Shown here piece by piece: positions 40,201 to 49,740 of a DNA stretch of 64,000 nt; the first letter of the stretch is position 1, and each line of letters opens with the position of its first letter. The translations under genes and the position numbers were made by a program. The DNA comes from Planctomycetota bacterium. GTDB lineage: Bacteria > Planctomycetota > UBA8108 > SXIK01. Under the pieces are notes generated by a model that worked only from the letters and a program-made list of their open reading frames with translations, ran no database searches and was not told the DNA's origin. Location: NCBI GenBank assembly GCA_965223845.1, contig CBDCXR010000004.1, positions 5,728,001 to 5,792,000 on the forward strand, written 5' to 3'.

Positions 40201-42507
40201 GTCCTCGTCGGTATCGACGAGTCGAGGATCGGAGACGAAACCGTCCGCGCCCGGAAGCGACTCTTCGAGATCGAGAACGCCATCGCCGTCATCATCTGGA
40301 TCGGGCGCATCGGGAACGCCATCGCCGTCGAGATCGTTGTCGATCGCGATTCGCAGTGCGCCGACGAGTCCACGATTGTCGCCGAGGTCGATCGCGATCG
40401 CCGAATAGACCACCTCGATTCCCGGTGCGTCCGGAGTGCGCACCGCCGTCGCGAACGGTGGAATCGAATCGCGGCGAATGAGCTCGCCGTTCGCAAAGAA
40501 CTCGACCGCTTCGACGTACACTCCGTCCGCCGCGATCGCACTCAGTTCCACCGTCGAGCCGGCGACGGCGTAGCGCGCGCTCGGTCGAGCCCGGAGCTCG
40601 CCGTTCGGCGCCACAACGCCACGGTCGCCCCCCGGAAGGACGCGGGTCAGCGCGAACGAACGCGATGCGAGTGCGATGGAGTACTCTTGGGCGGCGTCGA
40701 TCGCGATCGCACCCTCGAGGTTTCCCGTTGGGCTCGCATCGAACTCGAACGTGCCGTCGTCTCGGAGCCGATAGAGCTCGACCTGGCCGAGACGCTGCGC
40801 CGAGTGCCAGAGAAGCTGCGCGCCGCGCACCTTGACAGCGTTGGCGCTGAGTCCGGGTGCGTCGTCGCTCGAGCGATCCACCTCGCGGAGTGCGTCCGGA
40901 TCCGTCGCGTCGAGTGCACGAAGGCCTCCAGTACCGTCGGCGACGTAGACGTAGGGCCCGGTGGCATCGATCGCGCGGAGCTGTCCGGCGCCGCTGAGCG
41001 AGTAACGGTCGCGGCGGACGGGTCCCGAACCGCGAACGTCGATGACGTCGATCCGCCGCGTCGAGGCGATGCCGACGAAGGCGATTTCATCGGCGAGCGC
41101 GAGGTGCGTCCCGTTCGGGATCGCGAAGACCCCCGCCGGCGCGAGATCGCCCACCGAATCTCGGCGATAGAACCGGAGCGCAGTCGTCGAGAGGACGGCG
41201 ACGAGGCCGCCCTGCGCCGCAACCCGAACCGTATCTCCGAGCGAGCCGATCGTTTCCCGCCGGACGAGATTCCCCGGGCTCCGAGCGTCCACGATCTGAA
41301 GGCTGCCGGTCCCGATCGAATAAACCCAGGTTCCGTCGAGCGCGATGTCGCGAAGCGGGGAACCGATCAGCTCGTCGTCTCGGAAGGTCGCGGCGAGGCT
41401 CGTCCGGTCGATGCGGTAGGAGCGCATCCGGCCGGAAGTCATCGCGACGAAAACGTGATCGTCCGATCGCGCGGCGAGCGCGGCGGCATCGGAAGAGAGG
41501 TTCGTTCGCGACGCGAATTCCGGGTCGAACGCCGCGCCGGGGCGGTCGTTCGGATCGTTGCCGTCCGTCGAAGCGAGTGCTTCGGCGCCATCGAGGAAGC
41601 CGTCGGCGTCCGAGTCCGCCCGCGCTGGATCGGTCCCGAAGGTGATCTCGTCGGCATCGCTCAAGAAGTCGTCGTCCGAGTCCTCGTCGTTCGGATCCGA
41701 GCCGTAGTCGAATTCCTCGCGCGCCGAGAGACCGTCGGAGTCCTCGTCGCTGTCGGCGTCGTTCGGGTCGTCCGGATCGAGCCCGTGCCGGATCTCCCAC
41801 TCGTCCGGAAGACCATCGCCATCGGAGTCCCGCTCCGCGTCGACGCTCACGAAAACCTCAGCCGCCGCCGTCGGCGTGAGTGCGTCGACCCACGCACCGC
41901 CGCGGTCGAGAGCGGTCACGACGCCGCTCGGCGCCGCTTCCACGACGGCGGGCGCCGACGAGCGAAACGCGACGTGAGCGGAGAGCTCGAGAAGATCGAT
42001 CCGGCGACCGGCATCGAATCGATCGAGCGACGCCGCCGAAACGGCGAGACCATCGCTCCGACCGGTCCCCGACAGAAAGAGGAGGCCGGACCCGGACGCG
42101 CGGGCGCTCAGCGCGGTAAGGGGGGGAGTGCCGAGACCCGGGCCGGATACGACGATACCGGTCTCGAGCGAGTCGCCGCCGAGGTGAAACGCCTCCGACG
42201 CGAGGAGCGCACTCGCGTAGGTGAGCGCGCCGCCCGACGACGACCCGAGTACGCGGAGCGGCACGTCGATCGGCAGTCCTGCGAGACGAAATCCGTCGCC
42301 TTCGAGCGCAACCGAACGCCGACCCGGGACGCCGACGCGAATCGAGGCCGCCGCCGGAGAGCGCCGCACTCGCCCCGCGGCGAGCGCGTCGAACGGGTTC
42401 GCATCGTCCGGTGCGGCCGGTCGCGGCGCGAGGACGCACAGAAGGAATGCGGAAACGGCCGGACCCCACCATGGGCGGCCCGATCTCTGAAGGCGCGGAA
42501 GTCTCAC
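37213..42507 (-). CDS. Large secreted surface protein/adhesin: Ig-like, D-x-D-x-D-G Ca-binding repeats, LVIVD-like repeats, two glycine-rich domains
   Basis: ORF 37213..42993; GTG 42507 precedes a signal-like segment (start uncertain). DSDGDGLPDEWE and DTDGDG repeats; SLQIVDARSP and YVYVADGTGGLRALD; duplicated GYxGG...GGxHxGxGG...GAGxGG module. Confidence 0.82.
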   Translation of the reverse strand: MRLPRLQRSGRPWWGPAVSAFLLCVLAPRPAAPDDANPFDALAAGRVRRSPAAASIRVGVPGRRSVALEGDGFRLAGLPIDVPLRVLGSSSGGALTYASALLASEAFHLGGDSLETGIVVSGPGLGTPPLTALSARASGSGLLFLSGTGRSDGLAVSAASLDRFDAGRRIDLLELSAHVAFRSSAPAVVEAAPSGVVTALDRGGAWVDALTPTAAAEVFVSVDAERDSDGDGLPDEWEIRHGLDPDDPNDADSDEDSDGLSAREEFDYGSDPNDEDSDDDFLSDADEITFGTDPARADSDADGFLDGAEALASTDGNDPNDRPGAAFDPEFASRTNLSSDAAALAARSDDHVFVAMTSGRMRSYRIDRTSLAATFRDDELIGSPLRDIALDGTWVYSIGTGSLQIVDARSPGNLVRRETIGSLGDTVRVAAQGGLVAVLSTTALRFYRRDSVGDLAPAGVFAIPNGTHLALADEIAFVGIASTRRIDVIDVRGSGPVRRDRYSLSGAGQLRAIDATGPYVYVADGTGGLRALDATDPDALREVDRSSDDAPGLSANAVKVRGAQLLWHSAQRLGQVELYRLRDDGTFEFDASPTGNLEGAIAIDAAQEYSIALASRSFALTRVLPGGDRGVVAPNGELRARPSARYAVAGSTVELSAIAADGVYVEAVEFFANGELIRRDSIPPFATAVRTPDAPGIEVVYSAIAIDLGDNRGLVGALRIAIDNDLDGDGVPDAPDPDDDGDGVLDLEESLPGADGFVSDPRLVDTDEDGIDDREESTGGADGFVTDPSLVDTDGDGLRDADEVEITGTHPARADTDGDGTPDGAEDFDGDGLSVARELALGSDPRDPDSDDDGLLDGVEDGLSLDPLRTDSDGDGVPDAEEDSDGDSLSNEFEVAEGTHPGDANTDGDALDDGSELAAGTDPTAATDFAPLSLRFSGRTVLVFAPLRASALRLEGAILTAGRSLGGEFARVELEVDGTLSLDGASRIDVTGRGYRGGARDGRREIGGETAPGLAVGGALSGGAHAGVGGDGESGSAIPVLTAYGRLRDPSSFGAGGAADSALSRGGGNGGGAVKIRAGAFVLEGAIVADGELGDGAGAGAGGSIAVRVERLTGSGFARAEGGSTRRVGSERPGAGSGGRIHVVAAEAPAFDATRWRAAGGVLLDDRDDAARAGSAGTVLVEIGAAAGGELIVDGSGTARDRPGTLALGVESGTIAELGDDFIVQSEGEFPADVVGLEIDANSGDDRLDVVRILAVDGARIETTTGLRGVTEVGATFRGVLRPRELHLRGGGGLWTDDDVELPASDADWSAEDGALRAATLWRGSGPSLTLRDAGFDVRALRPIDGAVFDTVALTDLDLSVRDELACGRLTVERSELIVGGAIVAGDIDLIASRATVPEPSLGQFWPLTVVATGTIFIDAESALDAVAKGYLGGNRGGRAESAGVTSDHRVVEVGGRTGGSHGGLGGYQNDGPGLGRDASPPFGSFAAPVFPGGGGSGRIGSLETAYNGGGVIDLEARTIRIDGRISADGGGVEITERPGGAGAGGSVRISVRTIDGTGEISADGGNVNGFFGAGAGGGGRVAIEYLADDFSGEVHAYGGGLVPAVSKPSSIGGAGTVLWRSRFGRDDLVIDAGGRVAEGFRARLRPVGTGTIVALGERTLEGSFAFPATDSGVADHAVIIADAEAQAIAIVSNDAASLTTAGGIDLRTLGSPGDAYTGAFAVDTLSIVGGAAFSSSGDVIVVDRGGLTVDAASDLDAPRVVER

Positions 42508-42931
42508 GACCAAGTCCAAGTCCAAGTCGACTCGCGAAAACTGGACGAGACGCCGGCGCCCGCGGGCGCGGATTCCGCGTCGCCCGCGCCGTTCCCAACC
42601 CGGCGGTGAATGTACGGCAAAGAACCGCGGAGACCCGGGCCGCGGTTCGGGCTCCATTTTAGCACGGAACGCCGCCGCGAACGGTCCCGCGTCGGGCCCG
42701 AAAGCGTGCGTGGAAGTTCTGAGCTCTGTTCGGTCCGGAGTTGTGGAATTCGCCGCGAGTTCGTACGATGCTTCGCCTCGAACGAGAGGATCATCTCGGG
42801 CTGCCGCCGCCTCACCCGCGCGTCGCTCGAGGCGGGCTCTCGACGGGGAAGTGAAGCCTGGTGGCTCCCGCGGGGAGCTTCGAAGAGAAGGAAGAGGGGC
42901 GCGCCCCTGCGGGCGGCGCGCGACGAGCCGT

Positions 42932-45900
42932 ATGGCTAGAGGAGACCGCGGCGGAAACGGCGCCGTACCGTCCAAAGCCGGAGGGCCGCCCAAAATCGGC
43001 GGGCTGGACCTCGGCGAACGCCTCGCGGAAGGACGCTGGGGAGTTCTCCACCGCGCCCGGGAGGGACGTCGAACGGTCGCGGTAAAGGTGTTTCACCCGA
43101 ACGCTCCGGTCGACCGCAATCGACTCGAGAGCTTCGTCGCGAGCGACTCGAGCTCGCTTCGCCATCCGAATCTCATCCCGCTCCATTCGGTCGGGGAGAC
43201 CGACGACGGACGCGTGTTCTGCGCGATGCCACTCCTCGGCGGCGATCCGCTCGACGAGCTGCTGACGGATCTCGACGGCGGCCAGGCGCGCCGACCGTCC
43301 TTGAGCGCCCTCGCCGTCGGTCCGGATGGGGAACGCCATCCCGAAGCGCAGCGCGAGGCCGCGCACTTCATCGCCGAGGCGGCGGCGGGACTCGGCGTGG
43401 CGCATCGCGCGGGCATCGCGCACGGGCGCGTCCATCCGCGGAACCTGATCTTCAGCCCCGGGGGTCGCCTCGTCGTTACGGACTTCGACGGTCTGCCGGA
43501 TTCGAGCGACGATCCCTACCTCGCTCCCGAAGGTCGGCGCGGGGATCCTCCGAGCGCCGCAGGCGACGTGTATTCTCTCGGGAAGATCCTCGAGCATCTT
43601 CTCGGCGGAGCGGACGAGGAGAGTCGCGAGTCGAAAAACGGAGGTGCGCCCACGATCCCCGCTCCGCTTCGCGCATGCGTTCGGAAGGCGACGGCCGGTG
43701 ACCCGGAGAACCGCTACGCCAACGCGAGCGAGTTCGCGGTCGATTTGGAACGCTACCTCGCGCACGACTCACCGCTCGCTCACATCGAAGAGCGGGAGCG
43801 GAACGGAAACGGCGAAACCGAATCGCTCGGCGCTGCGTTCGAGGAAACACTCGGACGCGAGCGCGCCGCACGCGAGCGCGCGAGCGTCGAGCTCGAAGCG
43901 GAACAGCGCCGGCGACGAGCCCTCGAATGCGAGCTCGAGCGCGTCGCAGGCGAACGGCGTCAGCGAGAGCGCCCCGGCGTCGCCGAGCGCGACCGAAAGG
44001 CCGAAGCAGACCAGCGCATTCGCGAGCTCGAGGCGCGCCTCGAGCTCGAAGCGCGGCGACGCACTCGCGCCGAAGGCGAGCTTTCACGCCGCCATGAAGA
44101 GATCGACGCTCTGCTGAGTGAATCCGCAAGCCGCGCCGATAGGGAAGCGAACACGCCGGACACGGCGCGAGAAGCGGACCGTCCCGCCGTGCCGCAGAGA
44201 CGACTCGCGCTCCCACTCGCTGCCTCGCTCGCGGCACTCGCGATTGTCGTCCTCGCCGGCTGGGCGATGGGCGAGCGCGGCCGACGTCAGCGGGGCGAGG
44301 AAAGTGCCCGGGCTGCGCTCGCGGACCTCGAGACGGGAAACGCCGAACGCATCCTCCGTCGCGCGGGCTCTGGACGCGATGATCCGATCTCCACCACGCT
44401 CGGACAGCTCGCCCGGACGAGACTCGTTCGAGACGAGCTCGTCGGTGCCGTTCTCGCCGTCGTCGATGCGAAGCCGGAGACGGCGGTCGAACGCCTCCGC
44501 ACCGGAGCCCGCCACGATGCGTCCGAGCTCAGCTCGCAGCTCGACTCCCTCGCCGAACGCGTCGACGCCGACTCGCGGCGCGATCCCGTAGTGGATGGAC
44601 TCGCGAGCGAAGACCGGACGCGACGACTGGTCGCGCTCACGGAGCTCGCGGCGGACGTGCGCGCGGGACGCCGGGCACCTTCGTCCGCCCTGCTCGCGAT
44701 CGAGGTGGCCGACCCGGCCGATGCGGAGCTCTTCGGCAACGCGCTCGAGACGGCTGCGCTCGCGGGCGAGAGTCTCCCCCTCGTCGAAAAGCTCGGTCTC
44801 GACGGGCGGCCGGTTCACATCAGCTTCGCAGCGTTCCATTGTCTCTTCGATGCGCTCGCGCGAGTCGATGATCGAGCGGCACGCGAGATCATCCGCGCGT
44901 GGGGTCCGCGCGGCGTTCTCGCGCTCGCCAGCGCGCGGAATCAGAAAACCTCAGTCGTCGAGGTCGGCGGTGGGCTCACCGTCGATGTGTCGGCAGAATC
45001 CGACGCCGAGCTCGCAGCGCGGCGCTGGATCGACTGGCTCGCCGACCGCGATCTCGGTGCACTCGTCGATGCGGGGGCGATCTTCGCCGAACACCCGCGC
45101 TACGTCCCGGTTCTGCTCGACGCCATCGCTGGGGTGGGCGTGAGGATCGACGCGCTCGACGCCGCGTCGGTGACGCGCGCGGTGAACTTCGTCGAGCGCA
45201 TTGCGTTCGGGAGTCCCGGCGGGATCGGTGAGTTGGCGATCGAAACGCTCGCTAGCATCGACGCGCGCAAAGCGCTTCGTCGCGTCGCGGCGGAGCCATC
45301 CGCGACGCTCGACGTTCGCGCGGCCGCGCTCGAACGCATCGCCGAGCGGTTCCCTAAGGAGTGCGTCGATGACTTCACCGGGTTCGTCCTTCGGAGTCCT
45401 CACCGCAAGCTTCGCGACATCGCCTTCAGGGCCTTGAGACAACTCTCGACGAAGGAAGCGCTCGCGGTGCTACCGGCTGCGGTGCGCGATCCGGAGCTTC
45501 GCGATGACGCTCTGCGCTGGCTCTCCGAAGTCGAACCGACGCGCTGCGGCGAGCAAGCGATCGAGCTCCTCCGACATCCGAAGGGGCATGTCCGTCGCAT
45601 CGCCTTTTCCGTCCTTTCGCGGATCGACGATCCCGCGATGCTGATTCCGCTCACGGCTCGACTTTTCGACCCCGATCCGGGCGTGCGCGCCGCCGCGCTG
45701 ACGCTGCTCAAGGAGAAAGCACCTCTCCTCGAAAAGCGCGGTACGCCCGAGGCGATCGTTCACACGGCGCACGCCGTGCTCGCGCGCATCGGAAACCCGT
45801 TTCTTTCGAGGCGAGCGGCCGAAGCGGAAGAAGTCACCGTTGCGCACCGCGCCCGCCGGGCGATCGCCGAAGGCTGGCACGAAACCCGAGACGCGATCGT

Positions 45901-46081
45901 CCACGCCGCGACCGAGCAATCCGGTTGGCTGCGCCGACTCGCCACGTCGATCCGCGAGCGCGAGTCCACGGCGAGATCGCCCGAGAGTCGACTCGACGCC
46001 GGAGCCGGCACTGGGGGCGAGACCGAGTCGGAAGCGAGAACGTCGAGCGCGGACGTCAGCGATTCTCCCGGCGAACGCTGA
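42932..46081 (+). CDS. Ser/Thr kinase-like (probable pseudokinase) membrane protein with coiled coil and HEAT-like repeats
   Basis: VAVK, LRHPNLI, YLAPE, DVYSLG, DPENRY retained; catalytic loop is HGRVHPRN and DFG is DFD; E/R-rich coil; one TM; C-terminal VRAAAL repeats. Confidence 0.8.
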   Translation: MARGDRGGNGAVPSKAGGPPKIGGLDLGERLAEGRWGVLHRAREGRRTVAVKVFHPNAPVDRNRLESFVASDSSSLRHPNLIPLHSVGETDDGRVFCAMPLLGGDPLDELLTDLDGGQARRPSLSALAVGPDGERHPEAQREAAHFIAEAAAGLGVAHRAGIAHGRVHPRNLIFSPGGRLVVTDFDGLPDSSDDPYLAPEGRRGDPPSAAGDVYSLGKILEHLLGGADEESRESKNGGAPTIPAPLRACVRKATAGDPENRYANASEFAVDLERYLAHDSPLAHIEERERNGNGETESLGAAFEETLGRERAARERASVELEAEQRRRRALECELERVAGERRQRERPGVAERDRKAEADQRIRELEARLELEARRRTRAEGELSRRHEEIDALLSESASRADREANTPDTAREADRPAVPQRRLALPLAASLAALAIVVLAGWAMGERGRRQRGEESARAALADLETGNAERILRRAGSGRDDPISTTLGQLARTRLVRDELVGAVLAVVDAKPETAVERLRTGARHDASELSSQLDSLAERVDADSRRDPVVDGLASEDRTRRLVALTELAADVRAGRRAPSSALLAIEVADPADAELFGNALETAALAGESLPLVEKLGLDGRPVHISFAAFHCLFDALARVDDRAAREIIRAWGPRGVLALASARNQKTSVVEVGGGLTVDVSAESDAELAARRWIDWLADRDLGALVDAGAIFAEHPRYVPVLLDAIAGVGVRIDALDAASVTRAVNFVERIAFGSPGGIGELAIETLASIDARKALRRVAAEPSATLDVRAAALERIAERFPKECVDDFTGFVLRSPHRKLRDIAFRALRQLSTKEALAVLPAAVRDPELRDDALRWLSEVEPTRCGEQAIELLRHPKGHVRRIAFSVLSRIDDPAMLIPLTARLFDPDPGVRAAALTLLKEKAPLLEKRGTPEAIVHTAHAVLARIGNPFLSRRAAEAEEVTVAHRARRAIAEGWHETRDAIVHAATEQSGWLRRLATSIRERESTARSPESRLDAGAGTGGETESEARTSSADVSDSPGER

Positions 46082-46238
46082 GGTACCGTCTCGTCGCCGC
46101 GGTAGAATCCCAGAGCGCAATCGCTTCTCCGCACGGGAGTCGACGACCTCGGCAGACGGCGATGAGTTTTTCTCGCAAGGGCCGCTTCCCTCGCCGAACT
46201 CCGCGAGGAATCCGGGCCAGCACGAAAGCGACTACCGA

Positions 46239-46853
46239 ATGAACCACCACCAACCGCGCCGGCGCGCGACGCGCGCCTGGCTCGTCTTCATCCTCTGCGG
46301 CGGGCTCATCGCTGCGCTCGACCTGTGGAGCAAGCCGGTCGTGTTCGAGCTACTCGACGTCGTCACGGTCGAGGATCACGGGCGGCCGCGAGTCGCGAGC
46401 CAGAAGCACTTCGTCGTGATCGAAGATCTCTTCTGGCTCGAAGCGAACTACAACTACGGTGCGTTCAGCGGTTGGTTCGGCGGTCACACGAGAGCGCTCG
46501 CGCTGATTTCGGCGCTCGCCCTAATCGTCATCGCGGTCATCTTCGCCGTTCACGCCAGGCAGGCCGCGCGAACGGAGTGGATGTTCGTCGTCTCTCTCGG
46601 CCTCCTCTGGGGCGGTACACTCGGCAATCTCTACGATCGCTGGTTCCTGAGTGGCGTCCGCGACTGGATCCGGTGGTTCGTGGTGATCGACGGAAAGCAC
46701 CACGTGTGGCCGAACTTCAACGTCGCCGACGCGGCGATCGTGAGTGGCGTGGTGCTGCTCGTTCTCCGCGAGATCCGCGCGGCTTGGCTCGCGCGGAAGG
46801 GAACGGAAAAAGAAGCCGACCACCAAGGGCAGGAAGTAACGGGAACGACCTAG
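46239..46853 (+). CDS. lspA: Lipoprotein signal peptidase II
   Basis: DLWSK, NYGAFSG, GGTLGNLYDR, VRDWI, WPNFNVADAAI. Confidence 0.93.
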   Translation: MNHHQPRRRATRAWLVFILCGGLIAALDLWSKPVVFELLDVVTVEDHGRPRVASQKHFVVIEDLFWLEANYNYGAFSGWFGGHTRALALISALALIVIAVIFAVHARQAARTEWMFVVSLGLLWGGTLGNLYDRWFLSGVRDWIRWFVVIDGKHHVWPNFNVADAAIVSGVVLLVLREIRAAWLARKGTEKEADHQGQEVTGTT

Positions 46854-47069
46854 CGAGCGGAGAGGAGAGCGTCTGGACCCGCGTTCGCGTGAGCGCCGAG
46901 TTTCTCGGACGATGCTCGGATTCTCCAAGTTCGCGCCTCGGAGTTTTCCCTCGCGTCTCGGTTTTGATCAACTCCCGGGCCGGACGGCCGCCGAAGACAG
47001 ATGCATCGCGTGCGTGTGCGCGCGCAGCGTTCTCGGAACCGGTGCAGCTCGATCGAACTGTCGTCCCCG

Positions 47070-48596
47070 ATGGGAAGCTCTTCCACTCTGCCAACCGCGC
47101 TGAATCGAGCCGCCCGTTCCGCTCGGCGTCGAACGGGGATCCATCGCGAGATCATCTCCGGATTCGCGGCGATGGTCGCCCTGTGCGCATTGTGCGGCGG
47201 CGTCGGCATGTGGAACGCCGAGGTGATCCGGTCGGAGCTCGACGAGCTCTTCGCGGCTCGACTCCCGCGGATCATCCGCTCGATCGCGATCGACCGCGAC
47301 CTCCACGAGCTCGTCGTCCTCCAGCGCGCGCTTGTCGCCGCCGACGCGACGGAGGGAAGTGAGAACGAGCTCGCGCGAGAGTACACGGAGAAACTCTCGT
47401 CCTTTCGCGCCGCGTGGACGCAGATGCAGCGTACGAATGCGACGGACGACGAGCGCGTCCTCATCGGGAATCACCATCCCGACTACGAGCGCTGGCTCGA
47501 ATTCGCGGATCGTGCCGTCGGCCCGACGTCCGCCGGCTTGGCCCGCTCCGAGCGCGAGCAGTGGCTCGCCCGTGGTCGCGTCCACCTCGACGCGCTGCTC
47601 GACTGCTTTGCGACGCTCGAGCAGAACGCGCGCACCCAGGCACACGATTCACGCCGCCACGGCGAGTCGTCCTACGTCCTCAACTGGTATCTATCGCTTC
47701 TCGTCGTTACGGTCTCGCTCGGCGTCGGCGTCGTGGTCGCGTGGCGCATCACCCGCGGGATTCTGAGCTCTCTTCGCGGAGTCATAGCGCGCGTGCGCAC
47801 GAGCTCGGGTCGAGTCGGATTCAGCTCGACGAGCGTTCTCGCCGCCAATGTATCGATGACCGAAACCGCTGCGTCCCAAGCCGGTCACGTTCAGCACGTC
47901 GCGAGCACGCTCCGCGATCTCGCCGCAGAGAACGCCGGACACTCCCAAGACGCACGACGCGCCGCGAACGAAGCGCGCGCCCGCGCGGAGCGACTGAGCA
48001 TGAACGCCGAAGAAGTCGTTTCCGACCTCACCGATTCGATGGACCAGATCCTCCGCTGCTCCCAACGCATCGAGGGAATCGTCCAGATCATCAACGACAT
48101 CGCGTTTCAGACGAACCTCCTCGCCCTCAACGCGGCGGTCGAAGCAGAGCGCTCCGGCGAGCACGGTCGCGGGTTTCGCGTCGTCGCCGCCGAGGTACGG
48201 GAACTCTCGCAGCGCACGTCCGAGGCCGTTCAAGCGATCTCCGAGCTCGTCACCGAAAACGTTCGCAAGTGCGGCGATGGCTCAAACGTCCTCGAGCGTT
48301 TCGAGTCGACCTTCGCCTCCATGAAGACGGACTCGCGCTCGTCCGCAGACCTCCTCGCCCGCTTGTCGCTGACGTCGCAGGATCAGGCGCACCGCGTCGC
48401 CGAGCTGAACGGGATCCTAGGCGAGATCGAGTCGACGATCACGCTCCACGCGTCCCAGGCACGGGAAGGCGCGTCCACGAGCGAACGCCTATCGGGCGAA
48501 GCGAACGCACTCGTGAAGAGCGTCGAGGAGCTCGAATCACTTCTCGACGACGCTCAGCCCGAAGCCACGCCGACGGCTGTCCGCGCGCGCGGCTGA
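47070..48596 (+). CDS. Methyl-accepting chemotaxis protein
   Basis: Two TM helices flanking a helical sensor; IAFQTNLLALNAAVEAERSGEHGRGFRVVAAEVRELSQR signalling hairpin. Start uncertain. Confidence 0.9.
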   Translation: MGSSSTLPTALNRAARSARRRTGIHREIISGFAAMVALCALCGGVGMWNAEVIRSELDELFAARLPRIIRSIAIDRDLHELVVLQRALVAADATEGSENELAREYTEKLSSFRAAWTQMQRTNATDDERVLIGNHHPDYERWLEFADRAVGPTSAGLARSEREQWLARGRVHLDALLDCFATLEQNARTQAHDSRRHGESSYVLNWYLSLLVVTVSLGVGVVVAWRITRGILSSLRGVIARVRTSSGRVGFSSTSVLAANVSMTETAASQAGHVQHVASTLRDLAAENAGHSQDARRAANEARARAERLSMNAEEVVSDLTDSMDQILRCSQRIEGIVQIINDIAFQTNLLALNAAVEAERSGEHGRGFRVVAAEVRELSQRTSEAVQAISELVTENVRKCGDGSNVLERFESTFASMKTDSRSSADLLARLSLTSQDQAHRVAELNGILGEIESTITLHASQAREGASTSERLSGEANALVKSVEELESLLDDAQPEATPTAVRARG

Positions 48597-48603
48597 GGTG
48601 GCG

Positions 48604-49740
48604 TCAATCCACCCACTCGGCGATGAACACGTTCGTATCGCGGGGAGCGTCGTTGTGGCGATTGCTCCCCCAGACGAGAATCTTTCCGTCGGGCGAGAAC
48701 ATCGGAAAGCCGTCGAAGCTCTCGTGGAAGGTGACCCGCTCAGTTTCTCGACTCTCGAGGTCGACGAGGTAGAGATCGAAGTTGCGGCCACGTTCGTCCG
48801 CGAGGTTCGACGCAAAGATGATCTTCTCGCCCGACGGATGAAAAAACGGACAAAAGTTCGCAGCGCCGTTTTCTGTCACCTGGACGAGGTTTCCGCCATC
48901 GGCGTCGACGACGAAGATTTCGAGCTGAGACGGCTCGACCAAACCCCGCGCTAGAAGATCTCGGTACTTCGCGATCGCTTCTTCGCCCTGGGGACGACTC
49001 GCACGGAAGCAGAGTCGTTTGCTGTCCGGCGAGAAGAACGCGCCGCCGTCGTAGCCCAGCTCGTGCGTCACCCGGCGCGGGCTCGAGCCATCGCTTTCCA
49101 TCACGTAAAGGTCGAGGTCGCCATCGCGGACGGAGGTGAACACGATCGACCGGCCGTCGGGCGACACGGTCGCCTCGGCATCGTATCCCGGGGCGTCGGT
49201 GAGCCGGCGGAGGTCACTCCCGTCACGGTTCGCGCTGAAGATGTCGTAGCTCGCGTAGATGGGCCAGACGTACCCTCCCGATCGGGGCGGCGGATCGGGG
49301 CAGTCATCGCCGCCAAGATGGGTCGACGCGTAAATCACCCGCTCGCCGTGAGCGGAGAAGTAGGCGCACGTCGTTCGGCCGCGCCCGGTTGAAACCATGC
49401 GCTTATTGCGGCCGCGGGTGTCCATGACGAAGATCTGGTCGCACTCGAGCTCGCCGTGCGTCGTTTGGTAGACGAGCTCCGTCCCGTCGGGAGAGAAATA
49501 CGCCTCGGCGTTCTCACCGCCGAACGTGAGTTGACGAATGTTCTGGAGATGCTTCTCGCCCGGCTCGGACGGCCGAGCGACGCTCGGGTCGGGCGTCGAG
49601 GGCGAATCGCCGAGCTCGCATCCGGCGGATGTCGCGAGCGCGATGAGGACGCTCGCGGCGAGCGAGCCCACTCGCAGTCTCGCGGACTTCGCCCAACCGG
49701 TGTCTCCCCTTCCTCGGCGCAGCGCTTCTCGATCCATCAC
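48604..49740 (-). CDS. TolB-like PD40/WD40 beta-propeller protein, probable lipoprotein
   Basis: QLTFGGENAEAYFSPDG, GYDAEATVSPDG, GYDGGAFFSPD, FDGFPMFSPDG; TSAGC lipobox-like. Confidence 0.88.
   Translation of the reverse strand: MMDREALRRGRGDTGWAKSARLRVGSLAASVLIALATSAGCELGDSPSTPDPSVARPSEPGEKHLQNIRQLTFGGENAEAYFSPDGTELVYQTTHGELECDQIFVMDTRGRNKRMVSTGRGRTTCAYFSAHGERVIYASTHLGGDDCPDPPPRSGGYVWPIYASYDIFSANRDGSDLRRLTDAPGYDAEATVSPDGRSIVFTSVRDGDLDLYVMESDGSSPRRVTHELGYDGGAFFSPDSKRLCFRASRPQGEEAIAKYRDLLARGLVEPSQLEIFVVDADGGNLVQVTENGAANFCPFFHPSGEKIIFASNLADERGRNFDLYLVDLESRETERVTFHESFDGFPMFSPDGKILVWGSNRHNDAPRDTNVFIAEWVD

Noticed and set aside
39750-41830. Repetitive GCCGTCG/GTCGCCGTC DNA suggesting a CRISPR or tandem array
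   Set aside because: Explained by codons for DxDGDG protein repeats; no constant repeat-spacer structure and no cas genes.
38647-42609. 1320-aa plus-strand ORF and other long antisense ORFs (57611..60145, 54875..56095, 52736..54223, 21034..22434, 29768..31153)
   Set aside because: Shadow frames opposite well-supported genes in high-GC DNA; no recognisable motifs.
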